Positions 40,891 through 41,009 of a DNA stretch of 41,009 bases are shown here, one piece after another. A model generated the notes under the pieces. That model saw nothing but the letters and a program-made list of their open reading frames with translations, was not told where the DNA came from and did not search any database. The position numbers and the translations under genes were made by a program. This DNA is from a virus. The stretch is from the IMG/VR virus record IMGVR_UViG_3300045988_051111; one strand, written 5' to 3'. How positions within the stretch are numbered: position 1 is the first letter of the stretch; every line of letters starts with the position of its first letter.

Positions 40891-41009
40891 ACATCCTCTC
40901 CTTCCCGCCCCCGAGTCAAGGGCAAATAGAAAAGCCATCCCGAAATGGGATGGCTTTGAAAACCGGTGTGAAAATCAATGCCTGTGCGCGCCATGATTGA
41001 ATATGATGA
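40891..41009. repeat. Terminal direct repeat, copy 2 (circular-assembly overlap or terminal redundancy)
   Basis: Identical to 1-119. Confidence 0.95.

Larger units (their letters stand above)
1..41009. mobile_element. Complete temperate siphovirus-like phage genome (HK97-type head module), circularly closed contig; unique length 40,890 bp
   Basis: All modules are present: integrase+attP, CI/Cro-like switch, RecT/YqaJ/SSB/RusA, HNH-TerS-TerL, portal-protease-MCP, MTP-G/GT-TMP-Dit-Tal, endolysin/holin. The first 119 bp are repeated exactly at the end. Confidence 0.9.

Overview
The window is a complete, circularly closed genome of a temperate siphovirus-type phage. Positions 1-119 are identical to 40891-41009, so the unique length is 40,890 bp. 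The high GC content and actinobacterial gene style suggest a Bifidobacterium-like host, but that is inference only. Almost everything is on the minus strand. The late operon runs 21.5 kb down to 0.1 kb: HNH endonuclease, TerS, TerL, portal, HK97-type prohead protease, major capsid protein, connector and neck proteins, major tail protein, G/GT chaperones, tape measure, Dit, a 1616-aa Tal/fibre protein and three small tandem receptor-binding-like paralogues. It continues across the circular junction into a lysis cassette (TM protein, amidase+SH3 endolysin, holin; 40.85-39.49 kb). The early/middle operon (34.0 to 21.8 kb, minus strand) encodes Cro-like HTH proteins, three DNA methyltransferases, a BRO/KilAC antirepressor, YqaJ exonuclease, RecT, SSB, RusA, a replisome-organiser-like protein with an internal ori-like repeat cluster, and many small ORFs joined by ATGA/TGATG/TTGA overlaps. 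The lysogeny region (34.1-38.9 kb) holds an XRE repressor that appears leaderless, an ImmA/IrrE-type HExxH peptidase, a lipoprotein, a moron on an AT-rich island, attP (a tRNA 3'-end fragment flanked by 20-bp direct repeats), a tyrosine integrase, two tiny TM proteins, an Xis-like HTH and a PBECR4-like putative nuclease. The most unusual signal is that the only three long homopolymers in the genome (G10, G10 and G8 on the coding strand) each interrupt a host-interface gene: an RBP-like paralogue, a Dam-like MTase and a C5 MTase. Each tract is exactly one G too long for the intact reading frame. This points to phage contingency loci or slippage-dependent expression, with homopolymer miscalling as the alternative explanation. 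Other notable features are three -1 slippery heptamers (the canonical G/GT site, a major-tail-protein to Ig-domain extension, and a small early gene), a late promoter followed by a 13-bp GAAA-tetraloop hairpin and a C-rich tract, and a roughly 0.5-kb ORF-free segment containing intrinsic terminators.
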